This document shows positions 52,973 to 64,000 of a stretch of DNA of 64,000 nt, in pieces; within the stretch, counting starts at the first letter, position 1; each line of letters starts with the position of its first letter. Location: assembly GCA_013115125.1 (NCBI GenBank), contig JABANN010000020.1, positions 1 through 64,000 on the forward strand. Reading direction: 5' to 3'. The position numbers were made by a program, and so were the translations under genes. Origin of the DNA: Perkinsus olseni. Taxonomy: Eukaryota. Below the pieces are notes generated by a model. The model was not told where the DNA came from, made no database searches, and worked only from the letters and a program-made list of their open reading frames with translations.

Positions 52973-54205
52973 ATGGCAACCATCCACGGTGGCAGTGGTG
53001 GCGGGCTGCCTGGGCCGGTACTCGTCCGAACGTCGCGTTTCCTTATTGATGCTCTATACATCGAGCTGGAGAACATGGGGCTGCCGGTAGTAAGGAATAT
53101 AGGCAACTTACAGAGGAGTTATGAGGGGGTGTTCATCTCCTCTGCATCACCTGAGGACCTCTTCAAAGTCGTATATCGTTCCCGAATTACCCACAATGTC
53201 CTAGGGCTACTACACCATGATGGGAGGCATGAGGCGTGCGATAGGAATGGCCTCTATAGATGGGTGAAAAATGAGATACCCTTCCGAGAGGTACTGCCCT
53301 CCTTCGTACCGGATTCCTCCTTCTGGGTTCGGCTGGCTGATGGTGACTACTCTACTGAGATGAGCATGCGGGATGCTGAGGTACAGCGCGCCGCTCGACA
53401 GGGCATACAGTGCTATTTTCACAAGAAATTTGGGTCCGTCCCTCGGGCACTCCGGGAGGAGTCTGACTTTATGTTCTTCATAACTCCACCGTCATCGGAG
53501 TATGGTGGCGGGGTGGGGCTTTGGGTGGACTATGGCTACCGTAATGAAGCTAAATCTCTCAACTCCACAGAAGCACTCGGCCCCTTTCCCGAGGATAAGC
53601 GTTGTCCCGGCAAGCACTTGAGGGGTTCCGTAGCAGCTGCTATATTATGTGGTGCGCGCTACGTCCCTGGGAGGGATGTTCTAGTGGACCCTTATTGTGA
53701 GGATGGAGGGACCCTCCTTGTAGAAGCAAGGCGGTGGGCTCAACGGCTGGATCCTGGAGTGCATGCCGATGCTGCATCCTGCAAGCCTTTAGCGTTCCCG
53801 GGGTCTGAAGAGCTATGGCGTGCTTTGGTGGAGGAGTCCGCATCACGGCAGCTGGGCTCTGACACAACTGCTCGAGTTTTCGGAGCATGCGTAGACCCTG
53901 TTAACCGTGCTAAGGCTCGGAGGAATTTAACAGGCGGCATCGTATCGGCCGCACCCCTTTTAGAATACGTCCCTCCCGAGCCGCCAACTCTCGTCTTGAC
54001 TCGGTCGCCACAGCGGGTGTGGTCCTCACCGGATGAAGCAGGGGCATGGATGGCCGAGTTGAAGGAGTGGGCGTCAGGCTTCCGACGTCCACGAGTCTTC
54101 GTGCTGCATGGTCCAGGGCAGCCTCTCTGCGATGCCCAGGAGGTGCTGTACCTCGGCCATTATGGTTCGCTATATAGAGTATTGCCAGAGGCTTCAAGGT
54201 TGTGA
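52973..54205 (+). CDS. THUMP/RlmL-like RNA methyltransferase-fold protein, intronless, degenerate motifs
   Basis: LRGSVAAAILCGARYVPGRDVLVDPYCEDGGTLLVEA...PG aligns by eye to RlmL (LKETLAAA...LLDPMCGSGTLLIEAA...PG); single uninterrupted ORF. Confidence 0.65.
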   Translation: MATIHGGSGGGLPGPVLVRTSRFLIDALYIELENMGLPVVRNIGNLQRSYEGVFISSASPEDLFKVVYRSRITHNVLGLLHHDGRHEACDRNGLYRWVKNEIPFREVLPSFVPDSSFWVRLADGDYSTEMSMRDAEVQRAARQGIQCYFHKKFGSVPRALREESDFMFFITPPSSEYGGGVGLWVDYGYRNEAKSLNSTEALGPFPEDKRCPGKHLRGSVAAAILCGARYVPGRDVLVDPYCEDGGTLLVEARRWAQRLDPGVHADAASCKPLAFPGSEELWRALVEESASRQLGSDTTARVFGACVDPVNRAKARRNLTGGIVSAAPLLEYVPPEPPTLVLTRSPQRVWSSPDEAGAWMAELKEWASGFRRPRVFVLHGPGQPLCDAQEVLYLGHYGSLYRVLPEASRL

Positions 54206-54303
54206 CAATCCTGCATGAATATTCGTTTCTGGAAATGTGCCATTTTGCGTCTTCGTACAAAGTAGAGCATAGCACGAGTGTATGGGCAGTATTTCTGTTA
54301 ATC

Positions 54304-56331
54304 ATGAACCCAGCGCCATCACAGGTCTCTCGAATGGCCAGACGACGGTTAGCTGCTTCCGGTAGAACTGCTGCCGTTCACCCAATCACCCTCGAAGCTG
54401 ATACACCGGCTGTTCGGGAACTGGCCGGCGAGATCCGATCTGCTACCGCTGGCCAAGGTGAACAGCATCGTATACCTCTCCTCCGCATACACGAGGTGTT
54501 GGAGGAGGCCCTACCTAAGATGAGGGGACCCCCATCCGCTGATATCCAGCTCTTACTGAAGCACTACCATCATAAGCTCTACCTCTCTACCGACTCGTCG
54601 TCTGATTACCTCGCCGCACTTGCTCTGCTGGCTTCAAGTGGTGCCCGCTTGGGCTCTAGAGTTGGAGACATGGTCAAGCAGAGTTCACAAGTCCTCATGG
54701 ATAACCTTCATAACGCGTCGCTTAAGAAGAGTACAGCGGAACTAGCCAGCCTCGATGTACTCCTCAACGCCCTCTCGATATGTGCTAGGCTGCACTTGAG
54801 AGGCTGTCCTCCTCCCGACGCCCTGCCTCGTCGTATCGCTAATGTCATATGCAAGGAACAATTCGCTGATAAGTTTGTGTCGGAGGTGCCCTCTCAAGAT
54901 GCCTGGACGATGCTACGCTCTTTGGCGGCTATTGGTAGTGCCCCGCCCGCTGCTCTCTTCCTGCTGGATCGGTACTTCGATCGGGAGGGTAGGATAGCTC
55001 AGCTACCACGTGTTAAGGTGGTGCAGATGGTAGAGGCCCTGTGTATGCTTCGGTCACGCGGCCCAGCATTACAGGCAGTCTGTGACCAGCTTGCCACTCA
55101 AGTTGTGAAGATATCCCCGCAGCAACGACTGGCACTCCTGCGCTCCTTCGCAGCCATTAATGTCGCTCCTAATCTGTTATACCTCTTCCTTGGCAGTGGA
55201 CGGAGATGGCGTTTGAAGTTGTCCGCGAGCAATCAAGCGGAGATGCTCAGCGCTTTCGCTGAGCTACGTTTCCGGCCGAGAGGGAGTACGTTCTTCAAGG
55301 ACCTTATCCTCACTGTATTGCGGGGACGGCCAGGCGCAGATCCTCTACGACTATGCTATGATTTATTCTTACTGGATATGTTCGACGAGCCATCCTTCAA
55401 ACGTTTAGAGACTACCATCAACTCACCTCAACGCGACGAGATACCACTTGAGGAGGCGTGCAGGGTTCTAGCTAGCTTGGGGTACTTTTGTTATGGGCAG
55501 CCTTCGACTTATGATGCTCTTCTAGGGGAGATTGCGAGATTCGAAGCAAGTCTCTATCAAAACAGGCAATGCCTCGTCCAATTGAAAGTGAGGTATCTTT
55601 AGGTCAACTAGGGTGCCAATTCGTAAGTGTCTCAGAGTCTGGAAATTGGCTTTCGGATCGGCCACTCCGCCTTTTCAATATCAAATCTAAGTCCATCAGC
55701 CCAGCAAACTCTTCTACGTGTGAGGCACGCTGAGGTGGCGGACCTGAGCAGAGACGCCGCCCCTACCGGCTGGACACAAGACGTTCGTCGTATAGCCGGT
55801 CAGGTCAGTGAGTTCAGTGGACGGTATCATCCACACTCGAGCAGCCCTGGTCATTTCAGGTGTGCAATCGTACGTACTTCAACATTACCGTGGGGCCCTT
55901 CCTAGTAGACTTCGTACGGACATCTGATGGTACTCCGCAGACCAAGTTGGACAAGGGAGGGGATGAAAGGCTTCAGGCTGTACGACAGTGCGTTGCACTC
56001 GAACCCTTAAAGGGTGAGACATCCCTAACCGGTAAGGATCTCTCATTCACCTCTCTCATCAGGCCAATGCTTCTATCGTGGTAGTGATGATAGTGAGTTA
56101 ACATCTAGTAGCAAATACAGGCATCTACTGCTGCGTGGCCTGGGTATCGAGGTATGCCCAGTGTCCAGACAGCAATGGGTAGGCATGACGTCGGATGCAG
56201 AGAAGGTGCACTATCTTAGAGAGGTGGTTACTGAGGGTATGGCACGATTAAAGGACAGGAGGAAGGAACATGCCAGAAAGATTAGTCAGATCAAGTGGCA
56301 GAAGCGAGTTCACGCTCGAAGTGTTTCTTGA
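54304..56331 (+). CDS. RAP-domain helical-repeat protein (organellar RNA binding)
   Basis: Long helical-repeat exon, then VGPFLVDF...VALE..GQCFY...SSKYRHLLLRGLGIEVCPVSRQQW...EKVHYL (RAP consensus). Confidence 0.82.
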
Positions 56332-56404
56332 TGCTGCATGAATGTGTTTCCGGAGGCGATGAGGTGTTGTGCTGCAGTCAAAACGTATCATGTTAACAGT
56401 GCTA

Positions 56405-59400
56405 ATCATCGGGACTCCCTTAATGCGGTGTGAACACTGAGTGGCTCTGCTATGACCTGTTCGACCCTCGTAGTGTAAGAGTCAACGACCAGACAGTCGC
56501 TCGTGTCTGCTTGCCAACTCTTAGTTGGAAGCCACCCCAACTCTTAGCCTCATCCATGTATGTCGATTGCGCACGTCGGCGATTGATACGTCAGTCGCCG
56601 CATTGTCCGACAACTAGGCCCCTACGCTCCGCGTGGCAATCTCGCTCACGCCGATCCTCCTGCGTACGATTGATTCCAGGAACTTCGTAAGGCCTCCAGG
56701 CACATAGCGACGTAACAAAACGACAGGATCATAGTGAACCAACATCACTTGGAGGTTCATGATGGTGGAGGCTTTATAGGAGGCAGCTCACTAGATGCTT
56801 GAGCATTCTCTCTTCGTTTAGCACCGTCGCTCTCAAGGAAAGTGTCGGCGTTGCTGAGCAGCTCCTTAGCCTTCTCTGATGCAACTGGGTTCGGGCCGGA
56901 TATGTCGCTACCCAAAGCCGCGCGAGCCTCCAACTCCTTCTCATCGGGATATTTCTGACTGCCAATTTTAACCTGGAACCTCGGAGCCAGTGCTACCCAT
57001 ACAACCCTCTGGGGCTAGTCACCTGAATTCTAGTTTGAGCACCGGAGTTGGCTGCGATCTTGTCGTCATTCTGCAGGACTGATGTGATGCCTTCCATTCC
57101 TTTGATGAAGTTTGATAGCTTCCCAATTCCCTGTGGAGTTAGGTAGTTCTCCGATACATCCAACAGCTTGAGGTAGGAGAGCATATTTATTATCTCGCAT
57201 AGTAGGGGTACAGCTTCGTCGTTGAGATCTGATTGACCTAGCCGTGCTCTCACCACCGTGGCTACCGCTATTACCATTCTTGCTCAAGTCGATAACCTCG
57301 ATTTGCTGGGCGCTATCGGCAGCATGGAGCATGCGTAACAACTCGTAGACCTCAGCCACGGTGTATCCCAGGCCTTCTAGCAACAAATCAGGCTTCTTGC
57401 CACCGGGGCACGCCAGGGCGTTGGTAATAACCTATTCCATCATATTGTTTCCACCCATCCAAGCACACCAGTTCCCAGGCTTCATCTTCTCACCTGCAGC
57501 AGTGTCCGCCCACGGAAGCGTTCCAGAGTGACAACGTCTTCAAGAAGCTCCTTGTTTTTATTGCGAAGGCTTTTCATATACCCGTTGGAGCGATCTAAAT
57601 CACCCAGATACCTGAACCAGGAGAGACCCTATGCTCCCAACTCACCATCATGAGCAGAGCACTCACTGATGGCCCTGACTTTGCGCACCGTGGACTAGCT
57701 CCAGAAGATGCGACAACTTCTCGATTATCAAAGCTACCGCTTCCCTCGGCTCTTGCTGTGCTCGATAAAGAAATTCGTTTATCTGATCGATACTCTACGG
57801 TCTTCGACGATGCCTTGTCCGTTCCCCACATACCTGGAGGCGTGAGACCAAATCAGAACCATCACTTTCGATCTGGATCGGCTTCATCCTCCCATTCTCA
57901 TCCAGCATATCAGTTCGTTTGACAAAGTCGATCTCAGCATTCAGCTTCGCGATGTCAGCTGACAGCTCAGCTTCGGCATCCTCACTGACCAGTAGCTGTC
58001 CCCGCAGCTCCTTATCCTGCAGCACAGCGGGGAGCACTATGCCCCCTCCAAGCCGCCCTGGTTAGACACACCGTCTGCCTCAGTTTATACAGTTCCTGCT
58101 GGGTCTCGGCTATACGTTGCTTGAGTGCTGATGAATCCTCTTCTTGCCCATCCACTCGATTGATGAGGTATTGGTTACGCGTCGTCAATGCTGCTAGCTG
58201 AGAACGCAAAGCTCTACTGTTGTCCCTTCTATCAATCCCTTCTACTCACATTATCGCGGAGCTGACTGGCATCCCTCTCCGTCTTCTCTTGAACACGGAT
58301 TGCCATTGTGTGGGTCTCCTCGAGCGACCTCTGCTTCTTGCGAAGTAAATTCAAGACCTTCAGTGAGATGGCTATTCCCTTTCCGAGATCTCTTGTATAA
58401 CCTGTTCGGCCTTCCTCAGGGCTGCCTCGGCATTCTGCCGAGCTTCATGTTCGATTTGAATCCTGGTTAACGACTGTGCATTAGCGTTTTCTAGATGGTC
58501 TGCCCTCTTCCTCCTCTCCGACACAGATTCTATCCTCTTCCGTCGTTCTAGTTGGACCATCCGCAGCTGATCCATCAGACGGAACACCTGCATGCCCACC
58601 GTACCCCCTTTCAAGGCCTCGAGTGTCAGCACGCACCTGGTCGCCCATATTACGGAACTTCTCAGCCTGTTCATTGTACTTCTCCCGCGCCTTCTCGTTG
58701 TTACTTTCTACTTCGGTAATCGACTCACTATACCTATAGGTTTAACACTACTGTAGGACTGATGGGCAACGGTTTGCTGCGACTTCTCATTCTGATCTTT
58801 TAACATCTCCAGCCTTCGGACGAGCTCTCCTTTCTCGTTTATGTACTGCTCATGCTCGTACGCCGATCCATCGCGCATGGCCTGCAGGTGAGCTGACTGC
58901 TACATGTGGGTTCTGCTGCGAAGAGCTGTTACCTCTAACCTGACTAACTCCTTCCTCTCCTCGTCACATAGTCTTTTCATCTCCCCTATTTCCTGCGTCA
59001 TCCTCCTTTCAGCCACCTATAGTCGTACAAGCGGCATTGGAGTTCCCAGGCACTCAGCCTGGTGAGGCCAACTGCGCACCTCGTTGTGTCGGCACTGCTG
59101 CAGTAGTTCCGTATTCCGCTTCTTCTCTATCTTCAATGCCTCCTCTAATGAGTCCATCTCCGACTTGGCCTACCACTACAAGACTGCCATCGATACTCCG
59201 CGGCAGAATTCACTTGGGCCTCCATGTTCTTAATGGCGGCAGCGGTCTGTTCATGCTCCTGTGTGATCTGCCGCAGCATCTCCTTCACCTTGGCTGCCTC
59301 GTTCTCAGTGAAGACGACCTTTCAACGACCAGACTCAGTCCACCTCCGTCAGGCCTAATGGCCCACCTGCTCCTCGTTGAGCTTCTTCATATTCTTGAAT

Positions 59401-59948
59401 TCGTCAGCGATGCCTTCCAACCTGATCTCCTCTGCTATGCTGCCCTTCTGTTCAGCTTTCAGGTTCACGATTTCTTCCTCCTCATTCTTAACTAAGCTTA
59501 CAGTTGAAGACCACTTATCGTCGTCGTAGGCCCCGTGAGTACTCATATCCTTTATGTTGGTGTTGGTCACGGCAGCCTCTCTGATGTTCTCATTATGTTG
59601 TTGTAGTTGTATCCTCTGTTCCCTCTCCTCCTGCTCCAGCCCCCTCAGGTCGTTCCGATCGGCTTCATACCTACACGTTCCTCACCCTATGGCTAGCCCG
59701 ACTCCCGAAGACGTCACTCCTTCTCAACAGCCTCCTGATTGGTCTCATACTCCCGTATGATAGCCCGTGCATCGTCACGTTGCTCTTCGATCCTAGCTAG
59801 AGCAGCTACCGCCTGATATAAACCACAATTGCTTCTGTATCACAGGTAGCATGTTTACAGCTGAGTGCTGCTCCTGTAGGAACTTCACTTCGTTGACGCG
59901 GAAGTTGTCACTAGAATCCTCGCCCGTTGATGTTGGGTGTGCCGTCAT
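56405..59948 (-). CDS. Long coiled-coil protein with C-terminal leucine-rich repeats; 3' end approximate
   Basis: Many E/K/R/Q-rich heptad exons; LRR-like IEVIDLSKNDLNDEAV...LSYLKLLDVSENYLTPQG. Confidence 0.6.
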
Positions 59949-60238
59949 GAGAAGTGATGGAAGAGCTTGTCAGGACTCCTTTGTTAACTATTGTAGAAAG
60001 ACTCGCAATGAGCAGCAGCTCCTAATGAAGCACTGCTCTTGACAGCTGGATTGATCGAAGACGATTTTCCGATCAAGAATCCGCTCCTATTTAATTGACT
60101 TAACAACAACAAGTCGCCAGTACCCCAACACGATGCACCAGGGAGTACATGAGCGTGATGAGCCATTTCATATGGCTATGAAATTCATCATTATCATCAT
60201 GAGTGTTACAGGACGCACTACTGTGAATTAGTCCATAC

Positions 60239-61385
60239 CTACTTTTCCAGCTCGCACACTGATTCGTAGGTCGGTATCATGTACCTGAGCAGTGTTTTGA
60301 CAAGGTTTATGGCACGACAATGAGTAGCAGTGGTCGAGGTGGGTAGAACTTGATATTGATGAAGGCGTCTTCGCCCCCATGTATCTCGAAAATCTCCAGA
60401 GTCTCTTCCACAAGATCTCCCAGTACCAATCGCTTCCTCTGACCTGATACGATCAGGGTGGTAGACGAGCATGGGCCCAGCTTCCGTACCGTAATCCATT
60501 TTGTCCTTGGAATGGGTATTGGAGTTCTTGAAAATGTTGAATACCGGTAGGATCTGTCGATAGTATGGTACCAGAGCCTCTCCTACCATCTCTCCGGACA
60601 AGACTAACGTCTGCAGCATCTAAGTGGACAAGACTCGCCCTGCACAGCCGCTGAATGATACCGTATTCCATACCTTGAGGGTGGTGGCAATGACTTCCGG
60701 ATCTCTAGTGTTGAGGGCTGTCTTGATTGGTATAATGAGCTGGGGTATGACTGGGAGTATCTTGGAGCCTCCCCTCTCTAGCAGATCATACACGCCTTCC
60801 ACTGCTAAGAACCTACGACTAAGCCTATGAAGCTGCTTGCAGGTACGTAAGACTGACCGGTACGGTTCCTCCTTCTCTCTAATACCATCAAAGAATATTG
60901 GTAGGTAATGGTGATAGTCCAACTTGTCGATATCAACCTTCCATTGTATCCTATTCCACGTCCCAGCGTGAGATATCTGAGTACACTTACACCATCCACG
61001 GCTGCCATCACCCTCTCTGCACTTCGCGTTCTGACCCCTCCTTCTCAGTGTACCGAAAGGCCCTCATCGCCACCACTTGCCTACCTGTATGGGTAGATCC
61101 CCTCGATCATAGAATCTTCGGAACTCCGAAGCCTTTATAGGTTTCCGACGGTATGCCCCGGCTATTGGTGGCGGTATGCAGTCTGGCCTAGCAGCACCCT
61201 TGGGCCCCGCACGCTCTACGTTCTGAGATCAGAGAGCGGACTACTCATACTCAGTACTCCATCACGCTCACCTTTGGCCTTGATCTGGCCAGGCCGATGG
61301 TGTTCATGAGATTCCTCTTCGGCTTGTAGTCGGGAGGGAAATCTCCAAATGGAGAGTCTGCCCCACGAGGGATGAGCCCGGCCAT
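60239..61385 (-). CDS. PACRG: Parkin co-regulated protein (axonemal inner junction)
   Basis: [83 protein letters not shown]. Confidence 0.96.
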
Positions 61386-61482
61386 CTTCTGCTTATGCCT
61401 GTTCAGTGATAATGACAACAGCAGCAGCACTGCTATGAGGACTTCCCTCACTTTATTCGAGCATCGTTGGTGACTATCCGCT

Positions 61483-61531
61483 TCAACTGGTCCTCCAGTA
61501 TGAGGGTGGCTGCAGCTCCAGGAGCGTTGCC

Positions 61532-61563
<32 letters not shown>

Positions 61564-63381
61564 GCTGCATCGGATATGCAAGAGCAATAAGGACTGTAGA
61601 CGGCATAGGAACTCAGAGAAATTTGGTAACGCAGGACTTGGATTTGAGAGAAATGCGACATCATATACTAAGCCATGGTGACCAACTTGACAGACGAGAC
61701 TACCTCCGCACGGTAGAATACCTCCCCTTCGCTGCGGAGTGCCCTGAGAGCATCGCATCGCCTCTTGCCCGGCCAATGGCTACTACGCTGCTTCCCTGCT
61801 GCAACCAATGCCGGATGAATGACCGGGATGGTGGCCCGTCGAGCTGTTGTTGGCTTTCGTCGACGCTCGACTGTCGCACGAGGGGCTCCACGACTAAGTC
61901 TATCTCTTATGGGCTGATCTCGACGCTCCTGTAGCTTAGTGAAGGCTGCCTCTAGTCTCGATAAGGAACGACGGAGCTTGTCCTCGTCCAGTGTGGTACC
62001 ACCGCACCAACTAAAATGTGATGAATTTTCTCAGGCTGAGACCTCGAGTTTGAGTACTACTTTGAGTCTGTCGTGAGACCTTCGCTACGCCTTGGCAGCA
62101 TTCGACCCAACGGCCCATCATCAATACGAAGTAGCGATTGTCGTAGCTTGTCCTCTTCCTCAGTCAGTGATTGCCATCTCTGGCCGAGCATCTCTCGGGA
62201 GAGAACGGACGCCAACGGACGGCCGTCGATCCTCCGATGAGGAGGCCTCCCCTCGGAGTGGGGTGACTGCGATCGTGGCCCCAACGAGAGCACGGTCGGG
62301 GCGGCGTTCGACTTCGACGGCATCGCCGTTTCCCGAGCCGCGCGCGCCACTACCGGTGCCATGATGCGCGGTATGACAGCGCGAGGCGGCTCCGAGTCCG
62401 GCTCCTCACAGGAAGCCTCCACCACCACGGGCTGCCGAAGTCGGGCTGCTACCTTGCTTACGACAGGCGACTGAGGCCGGGCATGCAGGCGAACGAAACG
62501 CTCCTCCCAACGCACCCCACCTTAGTCGTTGTTTTAGACTTCCCATCCCAAGGGCTCGGAGCTAAGACGGGCATTGGGTAGCGAGGATGAGAGCTAGGCT
62601 CGTCTCGCTTTCTATGGCGCAGCAAACGTATCTGCCGTGCCATGTCTGCCCCAAGGCTACTTGTACTGAGGACACACCTTCCCAAAGACTTCCGGCCCCT
62701 TGCGTTCCGTGTTGTGGTCACCCTTACTGGTGGACTCCTCAGTGCTTATCTCGGTCCTTATGCTACTAGCTACTGATGATGACTCTGCATCATCATTCAG
62801 CTGTTGCTCGATAATATCACCTGACTCGCCAATCCCCGGACTCGTAGCTTCCGCTCGTACTGTGTATTTCCCCCCAGCCGCCGCTCGTCTGGAGGTGACT
62901 TGACTCCACGGCTGCCGGCCTTACCACACCATGATCGACCTTGGATACCCCCACACCACCCTTTCCCGTCGATATCTCCTTGGATTGCCTTTGCTTCGTA
63001 GACGCTGGGGTTCGAGGGAGTACCCTCGGCCGGCTAGGGGACGGCTTTGAGAAGACCCTCCGCAAGTACTGTATATAACCTATTATCAGTAATCACTCTC
63101 TATTAGTTCTACTGGGCTTATTAATAGCCCTAGCGAAATAAAGTACACTGTCTCTCCTCCCTTTGCTGCTCCAATGCCTTTCGAGTAGTTGCATCGTCCG
63201 CTCGCGAGCGGTAGGACTACCGACCACAGACGCTTTGATATCAATGACGATGTATTATCCTTACCATGGGGTGATGGATTGTTTTCACCCGACGCGGCTG
63301 TCGCTGATTCGACTTTCCTCTCAATTGAAGCGTCGAGCGCAGCTCAGAGGACTCCACCCAGTCGCCGGGCGATGCATTCAT
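61483..63381 (-). CDS. Hypothetical low-complexity basic protein, multi-exon; termini uncertain
   Basis: Successive minus-strand open exons (62057-62515, 62817-63065) with GT-AG boundaries; no recognisable domain. Confidence 0.35.
61532..61564. repeat. (TTG)n microsatellite
   Basis: About 11 TTG units read directly. Confidence 0.9.
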
Positions 63382-63862
63382 GCTATCACCCCCTGAAACT
63401 CCAATATAATCGAGAGGTAGGCCGACCAGGGCAGCGAAGATTGGGTCCACGCGCAGCGGAAAGTGCGCGCAGATATCGATCATCTGGGCGAGCGCTAATA
63501 ATATATTTTGCAAGTATTGCAAGAAACATAGCAACATCCATGTGGTTCGGGTGGCAGGCGAATTCCCGAGTTGAGCGTAACTTCTGCTAACTACTTTATT
63601 GAGTTTGTTAATTGATCACCCTGCTACGTAAGTAGGGGGCGTGTTAAAGATAAGCCGAATGCTTAGGGCTCGAACTGGGGCCCTCCGTGCGACCTGTACG
63701 AACGAGATGGAAGGCTCTCCTCTACCCGACCTGGCTTGGGTCGATGGCTATGGTGATAGTGATAGTTTATTTTAATTCATGTATGGCCTATGAGGGCACG
63801 GCTGCTGCAAGGTAAATGTGTGATACGTCTAATGTACTACTTGGTAATACAAGTAGTGTTAC

Positions 63863-64000
63863 TATTGCTGCAACCAGCTCGAGCATGGGTCCTCGTCGGA
63901 CGGGATGGGACCATCACCTTCCTCGGTCGAATAGAGATAGGTAGCTCCATAGCCCTCACAGTCGCTCTTCTTGCTGATCTCCTCTGTATCAGACGCCTCT
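63863..64000 (-). CDS. Possible 3' end of a gene entering from beyond the window
   Basis: Acidic open frame EASDTEEISKKSDCEGYGATYLYSTEEGDGPIPSDEDPCSSWLQQ*. Confidence 0.3.

Noticed and set aside
61467-61934. Plus-strand ORF with poly-Cys
   Set aside because: Artefact of the (TTG)n microsatellite; the surrounding genes are on the minus strand.

Overview
Compact, intron-rich eukaryotic nuclear DNA (GT-AG introns, mostly about 40-80 nt; intergenic spacers often under 200 nt). The six-frame ORFs are therefore mostly exon fragments or antisense shadows, and the gene models below were spliced by eye; internal exon boundaries and some termini are approximate. Gene content and style (RAP and PPR-like proteins, a plant-type ferredoxin with a bipartite leader, flagellar genes, short introns) suggest a myzozoan alveolate, most likely Perkinsus (inference). 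About 26 protein genes and one tRNA-Glu(CTC) lie in alternating co-oriented blocks. Minus: GST kappa, TTL-family ligase, RIO2, PPR-like protein. Plus: TPR protein, ATG6/Beclin, EF-hand protein, DCX-domain protein, CaaX-ended calmodulin-like protein, SNF2/BRM ATPase. Minus: four tandem small Cys-tail paralogs. Plus: two WS/DGAT paralogs, tRNA-Glu, ferredoxin, HID1-like, RING protein, large low-complexity protein. Minus: secreted repeat protein, multi-TM WW protein. Plus: RRP45, RlmL-like protein, RAP protein. Minus: coiled-coil/LRR protein, PACRG, hypotheticals. The most notable items are the four-gene array of a VPxG beta-module plus CYSTM-like tail, a chain of four overlapping palindromes at the adjacent strand switch, gene-conversion-like tracts between the WS/DGAT genes, a structured 406-nt ATG6 intron, and an apparently catalytically dead RlmL-like methyltransferase.
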